64,000 bases of DNA from a virus (taxonomy: Duplodnaviria; Caudoviricetes): positions 1 through 64,000 of IMG/VR virus record IMGVR_UViG_3300031998_000011. One strand, 5' to 3'. Under the pieces are notes generated by a model. The model saw nothing but the letters and a program-made list of their open reading frames with translations, made no database searches and had not been told where the DNA came from. How positions within the stretch are numbered: the stretch's first letter is position 1; every line of letters begins with the position of its first letter. Below are positions 36,355-46,304 of this stretch, in pieces. Both the position numbers and the translations under genes were made by a program.

Positions 36355-36734
36355 CTATGCCAAGAATCAGGGAACTTTGTCCCGGTGAACTGAACGACTT
36401 CCTGGTTGAGCTGGTACGGAAGGAACTGCGTAATATCCCTCCGGATTTCCACTGCAGACGCAGGGAGCTATGCGAGGCTTTTCTGACATGCAACCAGGAG
36501 ACTGGTAACAGGATCCGCATGAAAGAAGGCATGAAGAGCATCCTGCTGCAGTGGAAGCAGCGACAGGACCAGGTAGACGGACTCGAACGTCTTGGGTTCC
36601 GGATGACCAAGGGAAAGACCCACTGGAAGATCCGGATCCCGGAATCAAACTATTTTGCGGCACTGGCCGCTACACCTGGAGATCGTAGAAGCGGCGTGAA
36701 TGCAGCTGCAAACGCGGTCTCCGTTTTCTTCTAA
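36351..36734 (+). CDS. HicA-like fold protein
   Basis: LERLGF...GKTHWKI...ATPGDRRSGVN resembles the HicA G-x-H / TPSD pattern. Confidence 0.4.
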   Translation: MTMPRIRELCPGELNDFLVELVRKELRNIPPDFHCRRRELCEAFLTCNQETGNRIRMKEGMKSILLQWKQRQDQVDGLERLGFRMTKGKTHWKIRIPESNYFAALAATPGDRRSGVNAAANAVSVFF

Positions 36735-36755
36735 CCAAATGAAAGGAGCCATAAA

Positions 36756-37505
36756 ATGGCAGACAACAAAAACAACACATTCGACATCGGACAGGAAGTC
36801 TGGTTCATCTGCAAAGACGACATGGAGATCCTGCGTACCACTGACGGTGACGCGCCACGCTTTGACCACAGCAGCCCCAATGTGCTGCATCGTGGTCATG
36901 TCGAGCGCATGGAGAACGACGACGTCGTGGTCACGCTGGAAACCTACATGAACGAACCTGTCGGTCGCAAGGAGTCCCGCCAGAGAGGCTGTGGTGTGAA
37001 GCGTATCTACTGCAAGCAGAGCGATGTGTTCTGCACGCCTGAATCTGCAATCGCCGCCTTCACCAGCAAGACTGAAGGCGATCTCATGAGACAGCTTGCG
37101 TGGTTCAAAAACACAGACACTGAGAAGAAGGCCATGAATATTGGCGATATTGTCTGGTGGGTGTGCGATGGGGATGTGGATAACGGCAAGGGCGGATCAA
37201 TGACCGCTGACTATGTCCTCTACCGTGGTACTGTCCTGGAAATCAAGGATGGGATGGTGACGACATCTACAGAACTGCACGCCATGCCTTCCAAGGACGA
37301 CATCCAGTGGCATAGGGAGCACCCCGAAGAACTGGATGAGGTCGAAGGCACCATTGAATCCTGTCACCATACCCCGGAGGAAGCTATAGCTGAAGCCAAC
37401 GAGGTGGCACATGAGACACTGAGGAAGCAGCTGGCTATCTACCAGGCAAGAGACCGTAACGCAAACGCTGTAAAAGCCGCAGGATGCCTTGGAGGGTCAT
37501 TCTGA
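36756..37505 (+). CDS. Hypothetical protein with two tandem SH3-like repeats
   Basis: FDIGQEVWFIC...HRG.V...TPE.AIA and MNIGDIVWWVC...YRG.V...TPEEAIA. Confidence 0.65.
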   Translation: MADNKNNTFDIGQEVWFICKDDMEILRTTDGDAPRFDHSSPNVLHRGHVERMENDDVVVTLETYMNEPVGRKESRQRGCGVKRIYCKQSDVFCTPESAIAAFTSKTEGDLMRQLAWFKNTDTEKKAMNIGDIVWWVCDGDVDNGKGGSMTADYVLYRGTVLEIKDGMVTTSTELHAMPSKDDIQWHREHPEELDEVEGTIESCHHTPEEAIAEANEVAHETLRKQLAIYQARDRNANAVKAAGCLGGSF

Positions 37506-37958
37506 GCCGCGTCAGCACCAAAGACGTCCGTCGTACTGGGTAGCACGTTATCCTGGTCTCAAATCGTCTGGAAACAGATTTGACGAACTCGCTTTAATAT
37601 TATAGACGTGCCCGCGCGTATGCACCCGCGTGCGCCTGCTCAGTTCATGTCGAGTTACGTAAATAACATTATCATGCAACCTCCCACTGGGCTCACTGCG
37701 TTCGCCCACCATAGTATACGTGTGTACGCGCATGTGATATATAAGTAACTATAAATAGTTCCTTATATACCACCTGTGGTACTCCCGCATGCTATTGTGG
37801 GAACCCTGTGGCCCTCTGGGCCGGTTGTATGATGTTATTATTCCGTAACTCACGCCTTTTCGAAATCAAAGATTTCTCAAGGCGAAATCCGGTCATTCAG
37901 AAAATCAACTTGAAGTTCAAAATTCAACCCAGAAGAAAGGAGCGAAAGCGACTCACAG
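37506..37958. promoter_or_regulatory. Intergenic control region before the replication operon (candidate origin or promoter)
   Basis: ~450 bp non-coding; AT-rich hairpin TATATAAG-TAACTAT-AA-ATAGTT-CCTTATATA; copy of the TCAACTTGAAGTTCAAAATTCA motif. Confidence 0.4.
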
Positions 37959-39140
37959 ATGAACCATTCGTATCCAGAAAACAAATTATTGTTCCTTGCA
38001 GATTTCCATGTGAAGGCAAGGACGTGGACCAACAACACCCAGGTAAGGGGTGATGCCTACCAGGCTATGCAGGTCATTGGAGACTATGCAGAGACCAATG
38101 GAATCAGCACACTCCTGATCGGGGGTGACTTCTTCGATTCTAACAGGCCGACTCCGGATGATCTTGTCCAGACTGTGGATTTCCTGACCAGGTTCAAACA
38201 AGTCTACTACATCAGAGGGAACCACGACAGCTGTGATCCGTCCTATCTGGAAGCAGTATCCAGGATACTTGGGAAAGACCAGTTTGTGACCCAGCTGATG
38301 GGGCACATCATACATCTGCCGGGTGTTCATGCAGGAAAAGGCGTGTGTCTGACCGGGATCCCATGGATGCCCAACAAGGAGGAGTACAGGAAAGCCGTGT
38401 TCGACACCATCCGGTACTTCAACGAGAACTACGACAAGAAACACCGGCTGTACCTGATGCTGCACACCAGCTTCAAGGAACTGCTGTCCTTCGACGGCGC
38501 CTACACGTTCGAGCGCCGTGACTTCAGTGAACTGTGTCCGAATCACAACATCCATCTGCTTGTCGGAGACGTTCATGTGCGTGAACTGGCGCAGACGCTG
38601 TTCATGAAAGAGACACAGTCCGTCGGTCTGCTGACTTTCCACAGTCCAGGCTCGGTCTATCCGTTGCAGTTCAACGATTCCGACCAGTTCCACGGTTGTA
38701 CCGTGATCGACATGGGGCAGCAGGGCAAGGAGCAGTTCCAGCCGCTGCCTGTCAGCGTCCGGCAGTACGTCAGCCACAGGTACACAAGCCAGGCGGACCT
38801 TGAGGACTTCCTGAAGGACCTGGAGGTGACGCCGAGGGAGCCGACGCAGACGTTGCCGACTTACGTCAGGGTACTGGTGCCTGCCGACAAGGAGATGCCG
38901 CATATCTCGACGACGGACTGGCCGGACTTCGTGATCCAGGTGCAGCTGGAAACAACGGCACTGGAGGAGACGGCAGCACGTACTGCTCTGGAAGGCTACA
39001 CACTGGAGCAGGCGATTGCCGACGAGTTCGAGGATCCGGACGTCGCCGAGATTGCCAACAAACTGGTGTCCTCGCCGGATCCTGCGGAAGAACTACGGGA
39101 GTGCATGGACTTTTGGAAAGTGGAAAGGAGTGCATGGTAA
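37959..39140 (+). CDS. SbcD/Mre11-like (gp47) nuclease
   Basis: Metallophosphoesterase motifs ADFH, GGDFFD, GNHD, GDVH, SPGS. Confidence 0.9.
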   Translation: MNHSYPENKLLFLADFHVKARTWTNNTQVRGDAYQAMQVIGDYAETNGISTLLIGGDFFDSNRPTPDDLVQTVDFLTRFKQVYYIRGNHDSCDPSYLEAVSRILGKDQFVTQLMGHIIHLPGVHAGKGVCLTGIPWMPNKEEYRKAVFDTIRYFNENYDKKHRLYLMLHTSFKELLSFDGAYTFERRDFSELCPNHNIHLLVGDVHVRELAQTLFMKETQSVGLLTFHSPGSVYPLQFNDSDQFHGCTVIDMGQQGKEQFQPLPVSVRQYVSHRYTSQADLEDFLKDLEVTPREPTQTLPTYVRVLVPADKEMPHISTTDWPDFVIQVQLETTALEETAARTALEGYTLEQAIADEFEDPDVAEIANKLVSSPDPAEELRECMDFWKVERSAW

Positions 39141-39141
39141 C

Positions 39142-41142
39142 ATGCTGATACTGAAAAAGATACATATGGAGAACATATGTCAGTTCTCCAGCCAGGACAT
39201 CGAGTTCGACACGGGTCTGTCCGCTGTCTGCGGCCGGAACGGTTCGGGGAAGAGCACACTGCTCAGAGCACTCGCATACGGTCTGACCGGCATGGTGGAC
39301 GGCATCTGGGGAACCCAGAAGGATCTCCAGAAGGACGGCGCGACTACACCTGGCTATGTGGAAGTCACGCTGATCGGTACAGGCGGTACCACCGTCACGG
39401 TGCGCAGGTATGCGGCGTCCACAACCAGCAAGAGCATGCCGGACAAGCTGATCATCACGAAGGAAGACGGTACCACGGAGGAAGTCCTGCGCAGGAGTTC
39501 CGTGGACAGCTGTCTGTCAGCCATGTACGGGATACCGTGCCGTCTGCTGTTCCAGGTATTCTGGCTCAGGCAGTCGCAGATCGACATGCTGCTGACTGCG
39601 CCGGCCGCCATCGTGAACGCATTTTTGCAGGACGTATTCGACATGCGTAACCTGGAGACGGTGCGTGACAAGCTCAAGGGAGCCATTGACACAATTGCCA
39701 CAGGACTGCAGGGTACGGAGGACGAAATCAAGTCGATGGAGCAGGAGTTGTCGGAACTGGCCGATGATGAGTACATCGACAACGGTCTGAAGTATGTCGA
39801 GGAACAGCTCGCGGCCAGTAACCAGGAGCGCGAGGACTTCATCAAGAAGTACGGCGACCTGTCGGATCTTGACAAAGTCGAGAAGCGCTGCGTTGTTCTT
39901 CGTACGGACTGCTTCAAGTACAGCAAGATGCTGCAGGATGCGAAGCATGTGCTGGAATCCTTCGGTGAGCCTCCGCCGGCGCCGGAAACAACATCCACCA
40001 GGCAGGAGATGCTGGATGGTATCGCCCACGCGGAGGAAAAGATCCGCAGGGAGCACCAGAACCAGTATACGTTGGAAGCTGCACTCAAGACGTCCGAAAA
40101 TTCCATGAAGAATTGGAAGGCACGCATTGAAGATGTACATCAGAAAGTGCAGTGTCCGGACAAGTGCGAACTCTGCGGAGGCGAGATCCAAGACCAGGAT
40201 GCTTATGTGTCACATCAGTGTATGATGTTGACCGGCTGTGAGTCTCTGGCGCTCTTTGATGAGAAGGCGGATGCAGAGATCACATATCTCGAAAAGGAAA
40301 TCGAGCGCGACCACAATGCACTCGTGGAGTCTCATGAGAACACGAAGCTGCTGGAGAACTCCATGCACCTGCTTCAGACTGAAGTGAAACGCTTGGATGA
40401 CTACAAGCTCTATCGTGAGAAGCTCACCATAAAGGCTACTTGCGAAGAAATGCTTGCCAAGATCAATCCTGAGCTGAACAAGCTGGAACACCTGCTTGAC
40501 AAGTCTGACGAGATCCGTGAGGCGAAGCGTAACCTCGACGAGGCATCTGCTCAGCTACGGGAGACGGCTGACAAAGTCAAAGCAGAGGCAGCCAGAATCA
40601 GAGAGCGTCGCAGAATCCTCACAGAGGACCTTGAGAAGGCACGTAAGCGCCTGGACCAGGAGCAGGTAAACAAAGAGGCTCGCAGAGTGCTGAAAGAGCT
40701 GCGTGACGGTCTGTCTGCAAATCGTGTGCAGGCCAGGTATCTCGCGTCGAAGATCGCGGAGATCAATCGTGGTCTGGAGCACTTCATGCAGTTCACAGGA
40801 ATGCCGTTCTCGCTTTATCTGCGCGAAGACACTCACACATTCGCTTTCAGCACGCCGGACGGATTCGAGCATCCTACGATGCACCTGTCCGGTGCCCAAA
40901 AGAATATGTCTGCGGTTGCCCTTCAGATGGCGCTGTTCAATGTCATCAATCCGCAGATCAATCTGTTCCTGATCGACGAGCCTTCCGAGGCGCTGGACGA
41001 CGGGAACAAAGTCGTTATGGCGGAGATGTTCCGCCGTATGAACAATATGCTCAACGCCATGCACGGAACGATGCTGATCGTCAGCCGTGACGAGAAGATG
41101 GTGGAGAGCTGTGAAACAATCATAACCGTAGGTGCCCAATGA
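39142..41142 (+). CDS. SbcC/Rad50-like (gp46) ATPase
   Basis: GRNGSGKS Walker A, coiled coil with CELC Zn-hook, LSGAQ signature, LIDEP Walker B. Confidence 0.9.
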   Translation: MLILKKIHMENICQFSSQDIEFDTGLSAVCGRNGSGKSTLLRALAYGLTGMVDGIWGTQKDLQKDGATTPGYVEVTLIGTGGTTVTVRRYAASTTSKSMPDKLIITKEDGTTEEVLRRSSVDSCLSAMYGIPCRLLFQVFWLRQSQIDMLLTAPAAIVNAFLQDVFDMRNLETVRDKLKGAIDTIATGLQGTEDEIKSMEQELSELADDEYIDNGLKYVEEQLAASNQEREDFIKKYGDLSDLDKVEKRCVVLRTDCFKYSKMLQDAKHVLESFGEPPPAPETTSTRQEMLDGIAHAEEKIRREHQNQYTLEAALKTSENSMKNWKARIEDVHQKVQCPDKCELCGGEIQDQDAYVSHQCMMLTGCESLALFDEKADAEITYLEKEIERDHNALVESHENTKLLENSMHLLQTEVKRLDDYKLYREKLTIKATCEEMLAKINPELNKLEHLLDKSDEIREAKRNLDEASAQLRETADKVKAEAARIRERRRILTEDLEKARKRLDQEQVNKEARRVLKELRDGLSANRVQARYLASKIAEINRGLEHFMQFTGMPFSLYLREDTHTFAFSTPDGFEHPTMHLSGAQKNMSAVALQMALFNVINPQINLFLIDEPSEALDDGNKVVMAEMFRRMNNMLNAMHGTMLIVSRDEKMVESCETIITVGAQ

Positions 41143-42731
41143 AAGTAACATTGGCGTACTCCATGATCGAAATCGAGGATGCTCCGGCATGGCTCGATGC
41201 GGTCGGAAAGTACAAGTACAAGTCCAGGAAGACACCTGAAGAGATGCGCAACGAGAAGGCTCTGCGCAAACAGCTTGGAAAGAGCACGAAGGTCATTCCG
41301 TATAAGACTGAGGAACGCTCTGTGATGGAACGTGACGAGCACGGAAGACTGTACTTCCTTCCAGGTCTGTGGCCTCGTGTTCAGAAGAAGCTGGAGGAAC
41401 ACGGTGAAGTCTACACGGTTGTTGACAACCGGGATCCTGACAAGAAACCGCCCATAGACTTTGAGGCCATCAAAGGCATCGAGTTCCGTGAGGGTCAGGA
41501 CAAAGCACTCGCGCTCATTGCTACAGCTGACTGCGGTATTATCGAGACGACCGTGGGCTGGGGTAAATCGTTCTTGATCAGTGTGTTATGCAAAGCGTTT
41601 CCGACACTGCGCATTGTTGTCTGCACCAGTTCGTTGTCAGTTGTCAACACCCTGTATGAGTACCTGATGAAACAGATACCCAGGGAAGTCGGCATCATTG
41701 GCGGTGGAAAGGACACGGCGAAGGGTAAGCGCGTCATCATCAGCACGTTGAAGAGCCTGAGCAAGATTCCGAAGGATGAGCCGGATCTCATCTGCTGTGA
41801 TGAGTGCCACGACGTCGGGGACAATGACGCCGGCCACACGATCATGCAGTTCTATTTCGCCAGGAAGTTCGGATTCTCCGCGACGCCTGTCAGGAATGAT
41901 GGAACCGGTCTGGCTATGGAAGCCATATTCGGTCCCACGATCCTGCAGATGTCGTACGAAGCATCCGTCCAGGCAGGAATGGTCACGCCGATGAAGTATA
42001 CGATGCTGCCATGCACATGGTGCTCGGACTTTTTGAAGCGCGGCCAGGACCTACCGGAGATCGTTGTGAAGCGTTATTCCTACTGGGCAAATGTCGCCAG
42101 GAACAAAGCCATCGCAAGACTGGTCAGCGAAGTGTGGAACACCACAGATGCCCAGGTACTTGTTATGTGCGCTACACTGGAGCATGCGATTCAGCTGAGC
42201 CAGCTGATGCCCTGGATGGTGGTCGCGCATTACGGCAACGTGGATGAAGAGACCTTGCGCAGACATCTTAAACCGGACAAGTTCCCGAATCTGGACTTCA
42301 GCAAGTATAAGATGAACACCAAGGACTTGGAGCGAATCCGCATGGCGTTCGGCAAAGGGACGCTGCGCGGTGTCATCTCGACCTACGTGTTCAAGCAAGG
42401 TGTGAATGTTGTTCATTTGCAGTTACTTATACGAGCTGATGGTGCAACATCTAAGATCGCGAGCATCCAGATCCCAGGTCGTCTCTCACGTCTTGACGAG
42501 GGCAAGGAATATGCGTATCTGGTCGATTTCGACGACAGTTTCACACCCTGGGCAAAGCGCCGGTCTGACTCTCGTGATAAATTATATCAGGAGCAAGGTT
42601 GGACCAAGATCACACGAGAGGAGCTGTTAGATGATCTCAGAACAAAGCCTGGCGACGAACCTGACAACGCTGCTGGGCTCGTCGAAGCCGGGGAAACTGG
42701 ATGTAGCGGCGCTGGCGCAGAGACTGAATGA
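41139..42731 (+). CDS. Superfamily 2 helicase (UvsW-like)
   Basis: VGWGKS, DECH, SAT, QIPGRLSR motifs. Confidence 0.85.
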   Translation: MKVTLAYSMIEIEDAPAWLDAVGKYKYKSRKTPEEMRNEKALRKQLGKSTKVIPYKTEERSVMERDEHGRLYFLPGLWPRVQKKLEEHGEVYTVVDNRDPDKKPPIDFEAIKGIEFREGQDKALALIATADCGIIETTVGWGKSFLISVLCKAFPTLRIVVCTSSLSVVNTLYEYLMKQIPREVGIIGGGKDTAKGKRVIISTLKSLSKIPKDEPDLICCDECHDVGDNDAGHTIMQFYFARKFGFSATPVRNDGTGLAMEAIFGPTILQMSYEASVQAGMVTPMKYTMLPCTWCSDFLKRGQDLPEIVVKRYSYWANVARNKAIARLVSEVWNTTDAQVLVMCATLEHAIQLSQLMPWMVVAHYGNVDEETLRRHLKPDKFPNLDFSKYKMNTKDLERIRMAFGKGTLRGVISTYVFKQGVNVVHLQLLIRADGATSKIASIQIPGRLSRLDEGKEYAYLVDFDDSFTPWAKRRSDSRDKLYQEQGWTKITREELLDDLRTKPGDEPDNAAGLVEAGETGCSGAGAETE

Positions 42732-43158
42732 CGCTGCGGAAAGCCACGGCATAGAGCTGTCGTCCTATGGTTACATCATGCACGTCGTTGAGAAATACGG
42801 CATGCAGGGCGTATATCGCGGGATGCTGGGCACCAAGGAGTCCATTGACAGCTATGTGAACGAGGCGAACAACTTCCGCAGTTCCATGATGGGTCTCATC
42901 GTGAACGCCAGCAACTACGCCAAGAGCGTGTTCTCGAACGTCACCGACCCGGACCTCTGTATGAAGCGACTGGAGGAGATGTCCTATCCGTATGTCCTGT
43001 ATGTGCTGTTCTGTGGCCTTGGGCAGACAGTGCAGGCAGAACCTTACAAGCTGGCTGCAGAGGAGCACTTCCGGCGGTATCCGGCAACGGCATCACAGCT
43101 GCCCGATAAGTTCAAAAATGTAGCAGAGGAGTTTCTGACGCATGAAAGTGCTGAATAA
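42631..43158 (+). CDS. Hypothetical protein
   Basis: 175 aa, GAGGAG RBS, lies between the two helicases. Confidence 0.55.
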   Translation: MISEQSLATNLTTLLGSSKPGKLDVAALAQRLNDAAESHGIELSSYGYIMHVVEKYGMQGVYRGMLGTKESIDSYVNEANNFRSSMMGLIVNASNYAKSVFSNVTDPDLCMKRLEEMSYPYVLYVLFCGLGQTVQAEPYKLAAEEHFRRYPATASQLPDKFKNVAEEFLTHESAE

Positions 43159-44611
43159 ACAGGAGCTTACTCTGCTCGCAATCCTGTCGCATCCGCAGAT
43201 CGCGAGGAATGCCTTGAAGATGACGGTTGACCACATCAACCTGTTCTCCAAGATACAGTCCCCGCATGTCCACATGATGTGGAAGAGTTATCTGCAGCTG
43301 CGCCAGAAGAACAAGGGCAAGAAGCTGAGCAAAGCTGTCCTGAAGACGGAGTTGTCAGAGTGCATCCAGGCTGACCAGGACATGCCGCCTGAGCTGATCG
43401 AGCGGTGTGATTACATTCTGGACAAGTTCGGCAAGGGCGAGGACATTCCGACAGTCGAAGACAGTACCGATCTGTTGCAGACTATGGTTCGGGGCGACCT
43501 GAACCGCAAGATGTCGAGACTCATCAGCGACGATGCAGCCATCTCCGAGATGAGCAAAGCCGTCAGCAGTGCCTCCGGCGCCATTTCTGAATTGGACAAT
43601 GAGAACACCGAGGACAACCGCTATGTGTTCAATCCGTTCAAGGAGATGGACAAACTGGCGACTCACACAGTCCGGCTCCCGACAGGGATCAACTGGATGG
43701 ACGAGATCACCAGCGGTGGCGGACGCGGCGGCGAAATGTGGCTCGTACTCGGTGCGCCGTCAGGTGGCAAGACTGCTATCAGTGTGCAGTACGCTTGTGC
43801 CCAAGCTCTTATGGGATATACGACGGTGTGGGCAACCTACGAGCAGTCGCTGGAAGGCGACATCGCAGAACGCATCATTTCGTATGTCACAGACGAGAGC
43901 CTGGACAAGATCCGTGACGTAGGCTTCAACAATCTGCCGGAGGACATCCAGCGCAAGTTCTGGGCATCTGTCGCGGGTGCTGATGATAAGTTGGTCGTTC
44001 TCGACATGACAAGGCTGAAAGGTGTTCAGGAAGAGGATCCGCAGGATTACGGCGGAATCTGGAGTATCTGGAAGCAGGTCAAGAAGCTGAAAGCGGAAGG
44101 CAAGCAGGTACGCACCATACTGGTTGACTGGGTGGGCGCCATGATGCAGCGCATCTCGGCAAACGGCCACAAGGACATCGCGACGAACTTCCGATTCAAC
44201 ACAGAACATGAGTTCATGATCGCCAAGGAGATGGTCAAGCGTGAGAACGTGCAGATTATCTTCTTCCACCAGGTCGATTCCAAGACTGCGGCGGCGAAAC
44301 CCACGTTCTGTCCCGGTATGACCTGTGCCAAGGATATGCATGACATGTCCAACTACATGGATATCGTCATCACAATCGGGCGCAGGGACAAGAACAACAT
44401 CTGCTACATCAGTGCGGCCAAATCCCGTAAAGGTGCAGCAATCACAAGAACCATTCAACTGATAGGAGAGAAGGCTCGGTTCATTACAGCCAACGGCTGG
44501 ATTCCGGACCGTGATGGAAACTTCTACAAACCAAGTGAAGACTATATGCCAGACGATCCCGATGACGCCAGATCTGACGTAAATATGGCGTACAGCAGGG
44601 AGATAGACTAA
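43142..44611 (+). CDS. Replicative DnaB-like helicase
   Basis: LPTGI..D...GG; GAPSGGKT Walker A; TYEQ; LVDW; HQ; KSR. Confidence 0.8.
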   Translation: MKVLNKQELTLLAILSHPQIARNALKMTVDHINLFSKIQSPHVHMMWKSYLQLRQKNKGKKLSKAVLKTELSECIQADQDMPPELIERCDYILDKFGKGEDIPTVEDSTDLLQTMVRGDLNRKMSRLISDDAAISEMSKAVSSASGAISELDNENTEDNRYVFNPFKEMDKLATHTVRLPTGINWMDEITSGGGRGGEMWLVLGAPSGGKTAISVQYACAQALMGYTTVWATYEQSLEGDIAERIISYVTDESLDKIRDVGFNNLPEDIQRKFWASVAGADDKLVVLDMTRLKGVQEEDPQDYGGIWSIWKQVKKLKAEGKQVRTILVDWVGAMMQRISANGHKDIATNFRFNTEHEFMIAKEMVKRENVQIIFFHQVDSKTAAAKPTFCPGMTCAKDMHDMSNYMDIVITIGRRDKNNICYISAAKSRKGAAITRTIQLIGEKARFITANGWIPDRDGNFYKPSEDYMPDDPDDARSDVNMAYSREID

Positions 44612-44640
44612 ATTTTCTTTGAAATTTCTTGAAAAAGCAT

Positions 44641-44668
44641 TTGACTTTCATCAGATGTGTGCTACATT
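44641..44668 (+). promoter_or_regulatory. Sigma70-like promoter
   Basis: TTGACT-16 bp-TACATT with TGn extension and an AT-rich upstream element. Confidence 0.5.
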
Positions 44669-44728
44669 GTGTAGTAGACGAGCATAGTATGCTCGTCGTG
44701 AACTCAAAAGCCCAACCGGAGAAGGCAA

Positions 44729-45130
44729 ATGCAACGATCAGTTTTCAAAGAGTTATGCGTCTGCATCAGACAGGCGTGGACTCCGAAGGATGGCGTAATA
44801 CTACGGCTCCTTCGAGGGTCTGAGCACGAGAAGGAACTGCTTTTGTGCGTCGGCGGCCACAGGAACCCGGCCATCTGTGCCAGGTACTGCGTGGTCTGGG
44901 ACGGAGACGACAAAGTGTATGACGGCGAAATCATGAGCGACAAGCTCCAGCATCTGCTGACAAAGAGCAACATCTGCTTCGTCGAAATAACCAATGCCCG
45001 TCTCATGGAGCACAACCGCCATGGCGTGTACAAGTGCCTGAAGACAGCTGAAGGCTGCACAAGGCAGTGCATGCTGCGCAAAGCAGCGCGTCTCGAAGTC
45101 AGTCAAGGTCTGGCAGTGGCCATAGCTTAA
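44729..45130 (+). CDS. Hypothetical protein
   Basis: 133 aa after the promoter. Confidence 0.45.
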   Translation: MQRSVFKELCVCIRQAWTPKDGVILRLLRGSEHEKELLLCVGGHRNPAICARYCVVWDGDDKVYDGEIMSDKLQHLLTKSNICFVEITNARLMEHNRHGVYKCLKTAEGCTRQCMLRKAARLEVSQGLAVAIA

Positions 45131-45164
45131 TGGTTTGCAGAAGTTCCTCCTTCGAGGAACATGT

Positions 45165-46298
45165 ATGCTTAACCAAGTGCTGTATGATGCCCTGGCCAAG
45201 CTGTTCAACGACGACATCGTTGTCGTGAACGAGGGCCAGCAGGCGGAACTGCGCATAGACCGTAACCATATCGGACGCTGGGATATTGAACAGCACTCCG
45301 ATCATGGTGAGCAATACGCGGTCAACTGTCCGTTCTGCAGGAATCCGCAGGACACGAACCATCACCTGTACATCAGCTACCTGTCCTTCGCAACTCCGGT
45401 CGTGGATGGGGTGCGCCTACAAATAGGCAAACTGCGGGCTCAGTGTTTCAGAAACGGTTGCCTCAAAGACCTGGACAATCGCAATACGCTGAGCCGCAAG
45501 ATAGGTCTCACGATGTCGCTCATGACGCCAGACGGAAACGCATGGGCGGACATCGACCCGACGGTACACAAGGAACCCGAAGAGCAGCTGCAGGTGTCCA
45601 GAAATGTGACACTGGAAGGCGTGCGCTCCTGGGTTCCGGACTACCAGCCGGTCACGGAGGACTGTCAGGACGTTGATGTCCTGCAGTATCTTGACAGCAG
45701 AAGAATCACACTGGACGACGTGGAGTGGCTCCACATAGGATATGGTCCGGTGCTGTCGCCAATCAAGAAGAGATATCTGAACAACGGAACACCGTGGATT
45801 CTGTTCCCCGTCATCAATAACGGGGTGCTGGTCGGCGTGCAAGCAAGGTGTCTCCCGCAGTATCTCGACGAGCGCGGCATCAAGTACTGGACTCATCCGG
45901 CATGCAGGAAACGCACAGTGCTCTACAACCTGGATGCAGCCAGGGATACGGGACTTGCGGTTGTCTGTGAAGGAGTATTCGACGTCGCATCAGTTGGTAA
46001 GCCAGGCGTGTGTCTGTTCGGGCATACACCGTCCAAAGTGCAGATGACGATGCTGTCAACGTTCAGGCAGGGCGTGGTGTGGCTTCCGGACAACGATCTC
46101 GATTGTGTCAAGGAAGCGAAGGTCTACGCTGACCGGCTGAACTTGTCCGGTGCGCTTCCTCTTGGAGCGCACGTTGTAACTCTTCCGGCTAAGGACGCTG
46201 GCGAGATGCCGCGTGCCGATGTCTGGAAATGCATTCTTAACCAGGTGCCGCAGGCGATGGCAGAATATATTGTCACGTCTGTGATACCGCAACTGTGA
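45165..46298 (+). CDS. DNA primase (Zn-binding + TOPRIM)
   Basis: CPFC...H...C...C Zn domain; CEGVFD and PDND TOPRIM motifs; KDAGE. Confidence 0.85.
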   Translation: MLNQVLYDALAKLFNDDIVVVNEGQQAELRIDRNHIGRWDIEQHSDHGEQYAVNCPFCRNPQDTNHHLYISYLSFATPVVDGVRLQIGKLRAQCFRNGCLKDLDNRNTLSRKIGLTMSLMTPDGNAWADIDPTVHKEPEEQLQVSRNVTLEGVRSWVPDYQPVTEDCQDVDVLQYLDSRRITLDDVEWLHIGYGPVLSPIKKRYLNNGTPWILFPVINNGVLVGVQARCLPQYLDERGIKYWTHPACRKRTVLYNLDAARDTGLAVVCEGVFDVASVGKPGVCLFGHTPSKVQMTMLSTFRQGVVWLPDNDLDCVKEAKVYADRLNLSGALPLGAHVVTLPAKDAGEMPRADVWKCILNQVPQAMAEYIVTSVIPQL

Positions 46299-46304
46299 GT
46301 GATT

